From an uncultured virus (IMG/VR IMGVR_UViG_3300009618_000004) (Duplodnaviria; Heunggongvirae; Uroviricota; Caudoviricetes), in IMG/VR virus record IMGVR_UViG_3300009618_000004: a DNA stretch of 64,000 bases; one strand, given 5' to 3'. Position numbers and translations under genes: made by a program. The notes beneath the pieces were generated by a model. That model had not been told where the DNA came from, made no database searches, and saw nothing but the letters and a program-made list of their open reading frames with translations. How positions within the stretch are numbered: position 1 is the stretch's first letter; the number at the start of each line of letters is the position of its first letter. Positions 34,801 through 43,361 of this stretch are shown in pieces.

Positions 34801-35957
34801 CCGTTCGCGATAGGTCCAAACGCTCCGGGGCTGCTCACTACCGCGTAGGGATTTGTAATCGCTGCGGTCATGGAGCAGGATGGAGATCCCGCTGGAAAGC
34901 ATGTTGCCGTAAGAACTATTCTGAATTGAATCAGGTTAAGGTTCGACGTGTACACAGGAAACGATATTGGGGTGCTGGGGTTTGATCCCGATCCGGAACT
35001 GGCATTTGCGGTATAAAATCCAGTCCAGGTCGTTCCTCCATCCACGCTATACTCATAAATTGCGGAAACATACCCTGCCCCGCTTACAATCCAACTGCTG
35101 CTGACATTGACATAAATAGTGACAATCTGCCCTGTCGATGGAACTACGGATGCAAATCCACTTCCCGCGGTCGTCGTCACCGTATTGGTTCCCGCTCCGG
35201 TTTGAGATACGCTGCCCGATGAGCCGGTAACATATCCGGATGAAGGATACCGGGTTCCCCCTCCGGTTGATAGAGTTATTCCGTAGAACTGGCTGAAGTC
35301 TGTAATGAGCGCCCCGTATGTGGCGTCCAAAGTGTCCAGCGCCCCATAACCCCATGCGCTCATTCCTGAATTAGAATAAACGTTCCCCGATGCAAAATTA
35401 TCGATCATAATAAGCAGCGGAGCATAGGGAAGAACATTGAGCGTGTATGGCGACGGGTCGATTCCGGTCAGTTGCGGACTGCCTGTTCCCTGATCTTTGA
35501 TCGATGCGCTCTGGTCGTAGATAAATAGATAGGCTTGGCTCGTCTCGAAACAACTTTGGACAATAGACTCAAATGGCTGGCCGGAGAGAACGATCTGCGT
35601 CCCGGTGACGGTCGCCGGCAATGTGAGTTCCGTGTATGTTCCTTGAGTGTTGCCCGCGCGCCGCCAGAGTGAGCCGTCAGATAGACCTGCATACCGCCAT
35701 GCGCTGCCTTGAAAGGTGAGGCGTGAAAGAGATGTGACGGGCTGAGTAAAGTAGTAATTACTGGTTCCTGTTCCGGCGGGATCGCGGTTGATAATCTGAG
35801 TGCCAAAGCGTGAAGACATCGCGTTCTCCTCGCGCTCCAGGCAGTTTAATAATTGAAGATAGGTGTACTCTGGGGCTTGGTCCTCGATATTGCGCGCGAC
35901 AAGGCCGCGGCTTTTGTAGATGAATGGTACGGGTTTGTACTCAGTGTCCTGCGCCAT
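31836..35957 (-). CDS. Tail nozzle / tail tubular protein B-like (DNA stabilization) protein with inserted beta-rich domains
   Basis: 1373 aa with beta-propeller-type NPNNLYYSKKGLPENF and YRQTYYN...ESSPNP motifs. Lies after the adaptors. Confidence 0.75.
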   Translation of the reverse strand: MAQDTEYKPVPFIYKSRGLVARNIEDQAPEYTYLQLLNCLEREENAMSSRFGTQIINRDPAGTGTSNYYFTQPVTSLSRLTFQGSAWRYAGLSDGSLWRRAGNTQGTYTELTLPATVTGTQIVLSGQPFESIVQSCFETSQAYLFIYDQSASIKDQGTGSPQLTGIDPSPYTLNVLPYAPLLIMIDNFASGNVYSNSGMSAWGYGALDTLDATYGALITDFSQFYGITLSTGGGTRYPSSGYVTGSSGSVSQTGAGTNTVTTTAGSGFASVVPSTGQIVTIYVNVSSSWIVSGAGYVSAIYEYSVDGGTTWTGFYTANASSGSGSNPSTPISFPVYTSNLNLIQFRIVLTATCFPAGSPSCSMTAAITNPYAVVSSPGAFGPIANGMIALLNTNTQVVVPISSVTSQTLVGGVYTQLLVNTTTAHGLVANDLMAIYASSSDLVDGFYEVISAPSTTSLTIAFQSAVQIGAIGGYVTYTTAGSGDADAPSACVLTDQYASPYPSQMSAWGFYEWVPPSTTAFPLGAWSGTIAGASSTATVSKIVNLDLNQNNQVTDADLIVLTLLVSNPANISQIELQFFTNSGTANYYSAFISPAYYQGAISGNTTAYQATENQILADNLGLITGQPAGTISAQLQPTNISTGSGSWQACYIPRGNFLPVGQAGQAGVDWSNVTGWQLTVTTNSNGGVSFSVNGLYLQWGYGPSSFAGVGYDYRQTYYNANTGTESSPNPEQMFNEDYGYLASTAAPIFLRQAAQVVGQYSPDPQVTHVRQYRRGGTLSSNWVQVGQIPNVTGTGQFVFKDVIADSYIQQAQILVLDNDPPVTSSLVTPIQTTLAAATTLSSLNSIYSTFSPRTVTVAQTGAVFVQNQLAIIGNPSNEEVVAVITGGTGTFTAILRLQHNQGEPVSVYAIPRQPCSLCAEAYGQVWLAGDANNPNNLYYSKKGLPENFGPQNYIPVSTPDDIINAVINWRGTLIVGTLKTWKIIVGGANPYPQPTGSVHGIVARNGWVEVEGAVWYRAADGWREFTGADGVYKTLPIEWIFRGNPQCIPPQADPTQAGQDVFAYYNNMVFGSYISLNVGSPRYRMVYDTNYQRFRYDDVAATAMFWEKDTNVFLVGKQIGTGKYAVVQDQVGDYDDGGWNTATPPALVQTPITITVQHPYRDLGKPHNTKSWNAYETDVNTQGQVMTSTLLFEDGAISVPLANASTATRQKVELFVNSGLGQEAYRASIVHTIPVTVAPILYQEDIYAAVLAELTATIDSYWIKFGTDESKFAKQAYFDYSSPVAIDVSLYADNNAIPYFTFTLPAAATRTVIRQRFGNNNPGTTAFTFRTWRLVALSTGAVPPEHFQMWAPIKIEWKPVGAGNTFKPYELQT

Positions 35958-35967
35958 GTCGTTCTCT

Positions 35968-36477
35968 CTACGTCGGTGCCGTGAAGGCAGTTATCAGTCC
36001 TTTGGTAAAAGTCAAACTTCCATTTGACCCACCGACAGTTAACTTGACCAGAGTCACCGTGCCGCTCACTCCAGTCGCCAGTGCCGCTTGAATCGCGGCA
36101 ATCGATGTTGCCTGGGAGTTCGAGGTCATCTGCAGGCCGGTCAGACCTTTCAGGGCATTAGATCCGCCAATGTCGAGTTGCGGCCCGAGCGACGCGGCGC
36201 TGTATTGGCTGGCCGCATGGCCCGCGGAGATTGCGTCTGCCGGGGAAGTGGGAGCGGCCAGGCCTGTGACCGTGCTGCCGGCCACGTCGATACCCGAAGG
36301 GAGTACGCTCGGCCCACTCGATCCTTGCAGGGCTTGAATAGCTCCGATGATCTGGTTGAGCGTTACGTTGACGCTCGCCGTGTTCTCCGAGAAGTCTTTG
36401 GAGGTGAACTGGACGCGCTGGATCGGCAGCGGCGTGGCAGCCGGAGGCGTTGGGCGAGATGTGGGATTGTTGGCCAT
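35968..36477 (-). CDS. Putative tail needle/short fibre protein
   Basis: VTGLAAPTSPADA motif, a coiled segment, and C-terminal GSLTFTKGLIT. Confidence 0.6.
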   Translation of the reverse strand: MANNPTSRPTPPAATPLPIQRVQFTSKDFSENTASVNVTLNQIIGAIQALQGSSGPSVLPSGIDVAGSTVTGLAAPTSPADAISAGHAASQYSAASLGPQLDIGGSNALKGLTGLQMTSNSQATSIAAIQAALATGVSGTVTLVKLTVGGSNGSLTFTKGLITAFTAPT

Positions 36478-37575
36478 CTACTTCGTTCCCATCTTCATTG
36501 CCTGAATGTAGCGCCCGGTCGCCATGACCACCTGGGCGTACCGCTTGAGCGCAAACTCGGCCATCTGCGGCTGTTGAGCTACAGAATCCTTGGACCACGC
36601 AAAATTTAACGCTAAATACTTGATTCCATGAAGACAGCAATCTGGCACTAGGAAACCGTCCAAAAGGCCCAGCGTGTCCGTATCTCGCACCGCGCAGAGC
36701 AACTCGACCGGGAAGTTCGACGACGGCCGCCCGCCAACGCCCCAGCGGTAGAGCCCAGCCCGGTCCTCGAACCAGCTTTGCAGCGGCCCGACGTAATTAG
36801 ACTGCCAACTACGATCTTGCTGGACCAGCTCCTCTTGCGTCAACTCGTACAATCTACGCATAGACTGGATTGTGCCGCCTGTCGTCGAACCATCGGCGCC
36901 GACCTGCCGGTAGGTGATGACGTTGGGCGATGGCGCGCTGATGACCGCGAAGACGCCGGCGAAGGATGAGTCGGTCGGACTGACCACGGCAAAGGTGTTG
37001 TACTGCGACAGGTTTGTCGGCCCGCCCGCGGTAAGCGTCACAACCCCGCCCGAGCGCACCATGCTGGTGATGCCGATAGCGATGGCTGAAGACGCGATAC
37101 GGTCAATCAGGATGGCTGTCGGCGGCGTGGCCTGGTAGATCAGGCCCATGCTCACGTTTTGGAAGAATCGTTCGTAGAAGCACGGCACGGCCGTCAGGAA
37201 CTCGTTCTGCGCGCGTGACAGGTACTGCAGCATCTCCGCCTGAGTGAAGATCGGGTCCGTGGCCTCCTGTGTCGGAAAGGTGGCTCCCCAGACCGGAGCC
37301 GCGGCAAGATGATTGTTGGCGAAGTTGGCGGTGAAAGTGGTAGGGGTTGGAACGGTCAGGACGGTGACGACCTCTTGCGCGGCGTTGCCGGGCACCTCTA
37401 CTACGAGTTGCGCGCCGGGATAGACGTAGGTGGTCGAGGCGATAGTGGCGGTTTGCGCCGCTCCCGCAGTGACAGGGTTGACGAGGGGCTGGTAGACGGC
37501 GGGCTGTGCGAGGTGAGCTGCCACCTCCATAAGTACGTCACCTGCCGTCCTGTATCCCACACCTGGAATGCTCAA
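36478..37575 (-). CDS. Head-tail adaptor / tail ring-like protein with accessory domains
   Basis: FTQAEMLQYLSRAQNEF and GIKYLALNFAWSKD...Y helical adaptor motifs. Confidence 0.65.
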   Translation of the reverse strand: MSIPGVGYRTAGDVLMEVAAHLAQPAVYQPLVNPVTAGAAQTATIASTTYVYPGAQLVVEVPGNAAQEVVTVLTVPTPTTFTANFANNHLAAAPVWGATFPTQEATDPIFTQAEMLQYLSRAQNEFLTAVPCFYERFFQNVSMGLIYQATPPTAILIDRIASSAIAIGITSMVRSGGVVTLTAGGPTNLSQYNTFAVVSPTDSSFAGVFAVISAPSPNVITYRQVGADGSTTGGTIQSMRRLYELTQEELVQQDRSWQSNYVGPLQSWFEDRAGLYRWGVGGRPSSNFPVELLCAVRDTDTLGLLDGFLVPDCCLHGIKYLALNFAWSKDSVAQQPQMAEFALKRYAQVVMATGRYIQAMKMGTK

Positions 37576-37623
37576 CCTTCACCCCTCAATGTTCCACGAT
37601 TCACCTTTTCCCTGTTTGTTCCC

Positions 37624-37926
37624 CTAAGCCGTGACGAGCGCTTCTTCCGGCGCGGCAACCAAGTGCGTCTCGTCCCAATCCGCCGGCTTGTTGACGCCGA
37701 ACATTCCGTTGCCTCCGCACGCGATACAGGTTGCCGACATGAAGCCCGGCCCGCCCGCCATCTTCTGTGTGGTCTGTCCCTTGCCATCACATGCGGTGCA
37801 TTCAGCCACAAAACCTCTGCCAAAGCAAGATCGGCAGGCGCGCTCGCCCGTGCCTTCGGGATGGTCTGCGAGACCGCAAGAGCATTTGCTGACTACGCCG
37901 TGGAACCGCTGAATTCCGTTCGCCAT
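37624..37926 (-). CDS. DnaJ-type CxxCxGxG zinc-finger protein
   Basis: CRSCFGRG, CTACDGKG and CIACGGNG. Confidence 0.75.
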   Translation of the reverse strand: MANGIQRFHGVVSKCSCGLADHPEGTGERACRSCFGRGFVAECTACDGKGQTTQKMAGGPGFMSATCIACGGNGMFGVNKPADWDETHLVAAPEEALVTA

Positions 37927-37935
37927 GGAAATCTC

Positions 37936-38625
37936 CTATCTCTTGGTTGTTGGGTTGACGTTTTGAGCCGCGCCATAGCCGCCCGTGAAGAGCAGCGGGT
38001 CGCGCAGATCCTGTATGGCCGTCATGCGCTTCGCGCCCTGCATGTACTGGTCGAAGAGTTTCATGCCCTCCTGGAACTCTCCCCCGAGTTCCTTGATCCG
38101 GCAGTAGAACGCTGCGTACTCCTCGATCAGTTGGAAGAAATTGTCCTCGAAAACCACGCTCTCGCTTCCAGTGTACGGCCAAACATCCGTCGTTGGATAC
38201 TGAATTGCGGTCACGTTGACGCTTTGCGGTGTGGACGGCGCCGGATGGACCACAAAGAGGTTGAATCCGATCGGCGCCCAGCGCACAGCAACGTCGTCCA
38301 CGTCCTGAGTCCAATCCGGTCCCCACGAGGTCATCAAAAAGTCGAGATCCCACAAGTTGACTTTGTAGAGAGGTGAGCTCGCGCCCTGGATGTCCGTGAT
38401 CGCAAAGTAGCCCTTTGGCACGGCCTGCCATACCGAGTTGGCGGTCAGCGTCAGTGGAATGTTGACGATCTGCGTAGGCCGGCCAATAAGCAGAAGTAGA
38501 TCGTTTTGGGCTTCCATGATCGCCGAGTAGATCTCGTATTGCAAACTCCACCATACGCCAGAGCCGCTCGGTTCTTCCAAGCGGCTCTGGACATTCGCGG
38601 CGAGCGTGGAGATCGGTGTCGTCAT
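37936..38625 (-). CDS. Head-tail adaptor / tail ring-like protein
   Basis: LAANVQSRLEE...WW...EIYSAIMEAQ...LIEEYAAFYCRIKE. Confidence 0.7.
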   Translation of the reverse strand: MTTPISTLAANVQSRLEEPSGSGVWWSLQYEIYSAIMEAQNDLLLLIGRPTQIVNIPLTLTANSVWQAVPKGYFAITDIQGASSPLYKVNLWDLDFLMTSWGPDWTQDVDDVAVRWAPIGFNLFVVHPAPSTPQSVNVTAIQYPTTDVWPYTGSESVVFEDNFFQLIEEYAAFYCRIKELGGEFQEGMKLFDQYMQGAKRMTAIQDLRDPLLFTGGYGAAQNVNPTTKR

Positions 38626-38632
38626 TCATCCC

Positions 38633-38764
38633 CTATGCGGTTCCGCAGGGTAGCGCACTACTTTGGACCGCATACCAGCAATAGCCAAGACTGGCGGGTG
38701 GAACCTGCCCAATCAGCGGCAAACTGAAAATCGTAAATGCTAAAAGCAAGATGAGTTTCTTCAT
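38633..38764 (-). CDS. 43-aa peptide with signal peptide
   Basis: Manual translation MKKLILLLAFTIFSLPLIGQVPPASLGYCWYAVQSSALPCGTA; RBS AAGGGAG. Confidence 0.6.
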   Translation of the reverse strand: MKKLILLLAFTIFSLPLIGQVPPASLGYCWYAVQSSALPCGTA

Positions 38765-38776
38765 GCCAATGCTCCC

Positions 38777-39349
38777 TTAAATCTGGCCGAGCGCCGCAAC
38801 GAAAGTGTCGCTCGATGTTCCGTAGGCCCAAAACGTTGAGGTGTTCCAGGATTGGCTGGTGCCGATCGCGCCCGAATCGAACAAAGTGCTCGGCGCCAGC
38901 ACATCAATAACCGAGAGATCGGTTGAGTTGACGGTGGACGCATTGGCAATATAGAGCACGTTGGACCCAAGAAAGCGGATGCGGATGCGGCCGGCGGTCT
39001 CGGCCAGCACACACCACTCGCCGCTGGCGGCATGGGACTTCTTCAAACCCTGCACTACCATCGCAGTTCCGGAGGTGATCGATTTCACCATCCCCTGATC
39101 GGGAATGGAGCCGGCGGCCACGATACCCGGCTTGAACGCCGCGGTCAGCCCGACAGCCACGCGGTCGCCCGGCAGAAAGCCGTTGGTCGAGGTGACGGTC
39201 AGCGTACACTGCGTCTCGTTGGAGCCCGGCGTAAGGTTGCCGCTGAATTGATCCGGCGGCGGCGTGACAGCGGCGGTGACGGCCGTGCCGAAGACGGGCT
39301 GCGCGCTGCCTGAAACGGTTTGAACTCCATAAAACGGTCTGAGCGACAT
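38777..39349 (-). CDS. Beta-rich virion structural protein
   Basis: T/S/G/V-rich, in the structural operon. RBS AAGGGGG precedes ATG 39349. Confidence 0.65.
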   Translation of the reverse strand: MSLRPFYGVQTVSGSAQPVFGTAVTAAVTPPPDQFSGNLTPGSNETQCTLTVTSTNGFLPGDRVAVGLTAAFKPGIVAAGSIPDQGMVKSITSGTAMVVQGLKKSHAASGEWCVLAETAGRIRIRFLGSNVLYIANASTVNSTDLSVIDVLAPSTLFDSGAIGTSQSWNTSTFWAYGTSSDTFVAALGQI

Positions 39350-39351
39350 AA

Positions 39352-39714
39352 TCAATCCCCCTTGAGTCTGGTCAGTGGATTCTCGGCATCGCGGCCATAC
39401 GGCGACGGCGGACAGCATGGCCCTTCCGTGTTGGTCGGCTTGGCCGGCGCGTGAACGCTTCGGTAACTGGACTTGTAGCCGATTCCGCCCATGGCGCCCC
39501 GGCAATTGTCCATGATCGAGTTGGGCCGCTCGACGGACTTGCCCTTGCCGCCCCAGTCGTTCGGCTCGTTCTCGTCCCACTCGGGATGCGTGCCCAGGCG
39601 CGCGCGGTCGATATGGAAGTCGTCGGTGGCGGGATGGGAATTGGTGGAGATTTCCACTTTTCCACCGTTCTTGCTCCGGAAAACTCCGCCGGTCTGTTCT
39701 GATGGTTCGCTCAT
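39352..39714 (-). CDS. Hypothetical protein
   Basis: RBS GGAGG; ATGA-coupled. Confidence 0.7.
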   Translation of the reverse strand: MSEPSEQTGGVFRSKNGGKVEISTNSHPATDDFHIDRARLGTHPEWDENEPNDWGGKGKSVERPNSIMDNCRGAMGGIGYKSSYRSVHAPAKPTNTEGPCCPPSPYGRDAENPLTRLKGD

Positions 39715-40061
39715 GCGTACCTCCGTCTCAACTGAGAGAACTTCCTCTTGACAAGATCGCTCACAGTCACCTCGCGCTGTTGCGGCGGGTCGTCCCAATT
39801 CTGCCGGTCTTGGTTCAAAACAACGTGCTGAAATCCAAGCCGCGTCTCGGCTGCCGATAGTTCACGGATGCTGGACACATGGAGCCTCTGGCCAAATTCG
39901 TCATAGACGTGATCCAGGGTCAAATCGAACGGATTGGCACAACTCTTCGGTATCCAATCCGCCGCCAAGCATCCGCAATCATAACCCAGCCATCTCTTCT
40001 GCTCGGCCATGTACCGCCGCCGAAAAACCACCGTGCCGCAAGCATCACAAGTCTGACTCAT
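39711..40061 (-). CDS. Zn-ribbon hypothetical protein
   Basis: CDAC...CGC. Confidence 0.7.
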   Translation of the reverse strand: MSQTCDACGTVVFRRRYMAEQKRWLGYDCGCLAADWIPKSCANPFDLTLDHVYDEFGQRLHVSSIRELSAAETRLGFQHVVLNQDRQNWDDPPQQREVTVSDLVKRKFSQLRRRYA

Positions 40062-40079
40062 CTCGTCTCCATCTTACCA

Positions 40080-41105
40080 CTACCAATCGTTCGCCGCGCC
40101 GCCGGACATAACGGCATGTTGTGCGTCCCAAAGCGATCCCCCCGGCGTGTAATACGGCAGATCCTCGCCCTGAATCGTCGCACTCGTCCGGTACAGGTTC
40201 TCATCCTCGTTCATCATCTCGACCAACAGGCCTTCGTACTCCTGGTGAAAGGTGTTCGCCAACTGCAACGCCGTCTGCGGATCGTAGCCGGGGTTTTCCT
40301 TCGGCTTGTAGCGCAGCGCCCAGCACATCGCTTCTTTGATGACCACATCGCAGCGAATGTACGGCGGAAGAGAATCGGTGTCGTTGACGAGGTTGGCCGG
40401 CTGCGTGTAGGCCATGAAGGGCAGCGCCTGTTGGGTGAAGGGGGATGGCCATAGTTCCACCAGATAGTTTCCGTTCGGATCTGCCGGCATCGGAGCCAGC
40501 CCCCAAGGGAAGTTCACGGTGATGCGCCACGGGTCGCGGTTGTCCAGATAGTCCTGTGTGAGATTCGTCCACAACTTGAATCCCATCTGCATATTGACGC
40601 ACGTCTTAATGTATTTGATGTTTGGCCCGAAACTGTAGTACATCTGCACGATGTAGTAGCCGGTCGTCTGCGTCGTCTGCCCCGGCGGGAACGGGCCACC
40701 CCAAGGAAGCTCCAGCGTCAGCACCTGCGCGAAGGGATCGACTCCGGTGATCGTGTAGATGGGCGTGTTGAGGCCGGCGCGAAACTGGCGGCCGATGAGC
40801 GTCTGGTCCCAGGTCGTGTTGTTGCCCTGCACGGTATTGGAGTTGTAGGTGACCGTCGCCGTGCCGCCGCTGACTGAGGCTGGGCAGATGATCTGGCCTT
40901 TAGTGAAGAGGCCATACCAAGTGCGACGAGAATACAAACCTCGAACAATGTTATTGATCCATCCAGGTATCTGAGCTATGCAGTTAGGATTCCAAGAGCT
41001 AACTTGCCCAATCATTCCTCCGAAGTTCATTTGCTGGACAAACGGCAGCACGCCAGCGTTCGGCTGGACCTGCTGGGGAATCACGATAGGTGGAATGATC
41101 GGAAT
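40080..41105 (-). CDS. Head-tail adaptor / tail tubular A-like protein (probable ATT start)
   Basis: WINNIVRGLYSRRTW, VELWPSP and LVNDTDSLP motifs. GGAGGG lies 7 nt before ATT 41105. Confidence 0.7.
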   Translation of the reverse strand: MPIIPPIVIPQQVQPNAGVLPFVQQMNFGGMIGQVSSWNPNCIAQIPGWINNIVRGLYSRRTWYGLFTKGQIICPASVSGGTATVTYNSNTVQGNNTTWDQTLIGRQFRAGLNTPIYTITGVDPFAQVLTLELPWGGPFPPGQTTQTTGYYIVQMYYSFGPNIKYIKTCVNMQMGFKLWTNLTQDYLDNRDPWRITVNFPWGLAPMPADPNGNYLVELWPSPFTQQALPFMAYTQPANLVNDTDSLPPYIRCDVVIKEAMCWALRYKPKENPGYDPQTALQLANTFHQEYEGLLVEMMNEDENLYRTSATIQGEDLPYYTPGGSLWDAQHAVMSGGAANDW

Positions 41106-41132
41106 GTAACTACCCTCCGTTCTTCAGGAGGG

Positions 41133-41167
41133 GAGGGGCGCGGTAACCGTCTGTGACCCCGCCCCTC
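41133..41167 (-). terminator. GC-rich hairpin after the head genes (possible terminator or processing site)
   Basis: GAGGGGCG...CGCCCCTC inverted repeat; no clear U-tract. Confidence 0.4.
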
Positions 41168-41179
41168 TGTGATCGATCC

Positions 41180-42427
41180 TTACTCTCCGCTGGTCAGGAA
41201 CTCGGCGAACCAGGTGCATCCGCTGAGATCGGTGCCTGGAGAAACTTGCGGCGCGCTGGTTGGCGTTCCGGTGACAAGAAGCGTTGCCGTGCCGGTGTCA
41301 GCCCCAGAGGAAATAGCCGCCATCTTTCCATTGAACTCGAAGGCAGAGCCAGTCAGTCCGGTCGAGATCACGCCGAAGATGCCGCCATCCAAAACAGATC
41401 CGAGAACCATGCTTTGAATGAGAACGATGTTTCCAGGGACAAAGGCGTTGGTGGCTGTGATGGTGGCCACTCCTGCCGTGCCGGCCGAAGATGCTGTTGC
41501 CGAGGAATTGCTCGCGGTTGCGACAGCTCCGAGCGTAACCGGAGCGCCGCCGGCGGTGACCAGCAATGTTGCTGTTCCGGTGTCGGCAGCGGTGCCGATC
41601 GTTGAGCCTCTCCAAACAGCGGTGAACTGTGAAGTGGAAGCCGTCACAATCTTGAGGATGTAGCCATTCAACGTAGTGGCTGTGGTCACGCCTTGGATCA
41701 CCACAAACTGCCCGGCGGAGAACGAGTTGGCGCAGGTCACAGTAACAGTAGACCCAGAAGTTCCGGGATTGGCTGCTGTCGCGACAAGATGCGTGATGGT
41801 TGCCGAAGCTCCCGTGGTGAGCAGGTTGCCTGTGGCGGCCTGGACGAGCTGGAAGGTTCCCGTAATGTCTGCCGTGGCTGCGGTGATATTGGCTTGGAGT
41901 CCCTGATACGCCGTGAACTGCGTGGCGCTCGCGGTAACCACTTGAACGATTTCGCCGTTGAGTGCGCCACCCGCGGTGAACGACTGCAGGTAGACAAAAT
42001 TCCCCGCCGCAAGAGTGTTGGCGACCGTAACGGTAATGAGCCCCCCGGTCGTAACGCCAATCTTGGTCGAGGTCGCTGAAAGAGGTCCAAGGCCCAGCGG
42101 GATACCTGCGGCGGCTTGCGCCGGCCCCAAGGTAACGAGCATGGTCATGGTAGTCGACGGGCTGGGAGTCGTCGCGAATGAACTGGTTGCGGGAACAAAA
42201 CTGAGTCCATACAGAGACCCGGCGGAATTTGCTGCTGTTTCCCATGCTCCATAGGCGAACTCGCCCTCGAAAGAGCCGGTAACACTGGATCCTGTCGCCA
42301 GCGAGCCGGGAATCACATACCCGCCTGAAGGATAGTCCGCAGATCCTGGCTGCAATTGATAGCCGCGCAAATACTGTGACTGCCCCAAAACAGCCTTGCA
42401 ATCCGCAATCGGTGTAATCGTCAACAT
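41180..42427 (-). CDS. Head decoration/fibre protein with three internal beta-module repeats
   Basis: Three copies of V..AN.F..G.FV.IQ......LNG.I..(V)..AS...F. Confidence 0.7.
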   Translation of the reverse strand: MLTITPIADCKAVLGQSQYLRGYQLQPGSADYPSGGYVIPGSLATGSSVTGSFEGEFAYGAWETAANSAGSLYGLSFVPATSSFATTPSPSTTMTMLVTLGPAQAAAGIPLGLGPLSATSTKIGVTTGGLITVTVANTLAAGNFVYLQSFTAGGALNGEIVQVVTASATQFTAYQGLQANITAATADITGTFQLVQAATGNLLTTGASATITHLVATAANPGTSGSTVTVTCANSFSAGQFVVIQGVTTATTLNGYILKIVTASTSQFTAVWRGSTIGTAADTGTATLLVTAGGAPVTLGAVATASNSSATASSAGTAGVATITATNAFVPGNIVLIQSMVLGSVLDGGIFGVISTGLTGSAFEFNGKMAAISSGADTGTATLLVTGTPTSAPQVSPGTDLSGCTWFAEFLTSGE

Positions 42428-42482
42428 GGTTGCTGCTCCTTGAGTCTACGCCTGCGCACTATTTCAGCACGCGGGCGTCCGG

Positions 42483-43163
42483 TTAGAACGTGGGATCGCA
42501 GTTGACCCAGATATCCGAAGTTCCGTTGGTGGCGATGGCTGTCAAAGTTATCGCGTTACGCTGCGAGATCATCGAACCGCCGGAACTGACCTTCTGGCAG
42601 GCAAAGTTGCCGCTTACGCCGTACTGCTGGTCGCCAACAGCCGATCCTGCCGTCACAATCGCCGCCGGCACAAATCCCTTGGTGGCGATGAAACAGAAGT
42701 TCCCGTTCAGAAGAGTGGTGGCCGCGGCTCCGGCGGTTTGGCCGAGAGAAGTATAGTTCGGCAACAGCCAGCCGGCCAGGGAGTTCAGGTTGCCGGTGCC
42801 TGCCGGAAGCCCTTCGGAGAACGTTCCGGTAACTGTCGTGAACGTCTCGTCCGTCCAGTAGACCGGAGCGGGATACGCCAGCAACGCAGAGGCGGTCGTC
42901 GACTTGTAGCGGACGTAGCGCACGATCAGCGGCGCGCCCCAGCCGTTCGAGTTCAGCGACCCGCTGGCGCTCGGATAATACTGAGCCGGCGAATACAGCG
43001 AAGACCCAGGAGCGATCAAAAACGCGGCTCCAATTGGGTTCAGCGCGCCATTCGGCCAGCTTGGCGTATTCGTTGGCGGCTGCGTTGAAACTGTGCTCGC
43101 GTAAGTGTCGATGGCGGTGTACAGGTTGCCGGTCGAGACTACCGGAAATTCATATTGAATCAT
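42483..43163 (-). CDS. Capsid cement / decoration protein
   Basis: Follows the capsid gene; RYVRY...G.FCFI.TKG pattern. Confidence 0.65.
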   Translation of the reverse strand: MIQYEFPVVSTGNLYTAIDTYASTVSTQPPTNTPSWPNGALNPIGAAFLIAPGSSLYSPAQYYPSASGSLNSNGWGAPLIVRYVRYKSTTASALLAYPAPVYWTDETFTTVTGTFSEGLPAGTGNLNSLAGWLLPNYTSLGQTAGAAATTLLNGNFCFIATKGFVPAAIVTAGSAVGDQQYGVSGNFACQKVSSGGSMISQRNAITLTAIATNGTSDIWVNCDPTF

Positions 43164-43195
43164 TGTTAAGTCCTCCGGCGCCGATGCGCCCGAAA

Positions 43196-43339
43196 CTACT
43201 TTGCTTCCAACATCAGTTCCAGCGCGGCTACTTCATCTTCGCGCCTTCGATCGCCGCTCAATAAATCGAGCGGTTTCACATTCAAAAAATCCCAGCGGTC
43301 TTCGCAGTTGCGCACGGCGCTCGTAATTGCGTTTAACAT
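43196..43339 (-). CDS. Small hypothetical protein
   Basis: RBS AAGGA precedes ATG 43339. Confidence 0.55.
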   Translation of the reverse strand: MLNAITSAVRNCEDRWDFLNVKPLDLLSGDRRREDEVAALELMLEAK

Positions 43340-43361
43340 AAATCCTTTGCTTACAAAAAGA

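Noticed and set aside
41298..42401. 367-aa alternative-frame ORF within the decoration gene as a second overprinted gene
   Set aside because: It is an Arg/His/Cys-rich translation expected from Ala/Thr/Gly codons read off-frame. Unlike the intein case, it shows no domain motifs.
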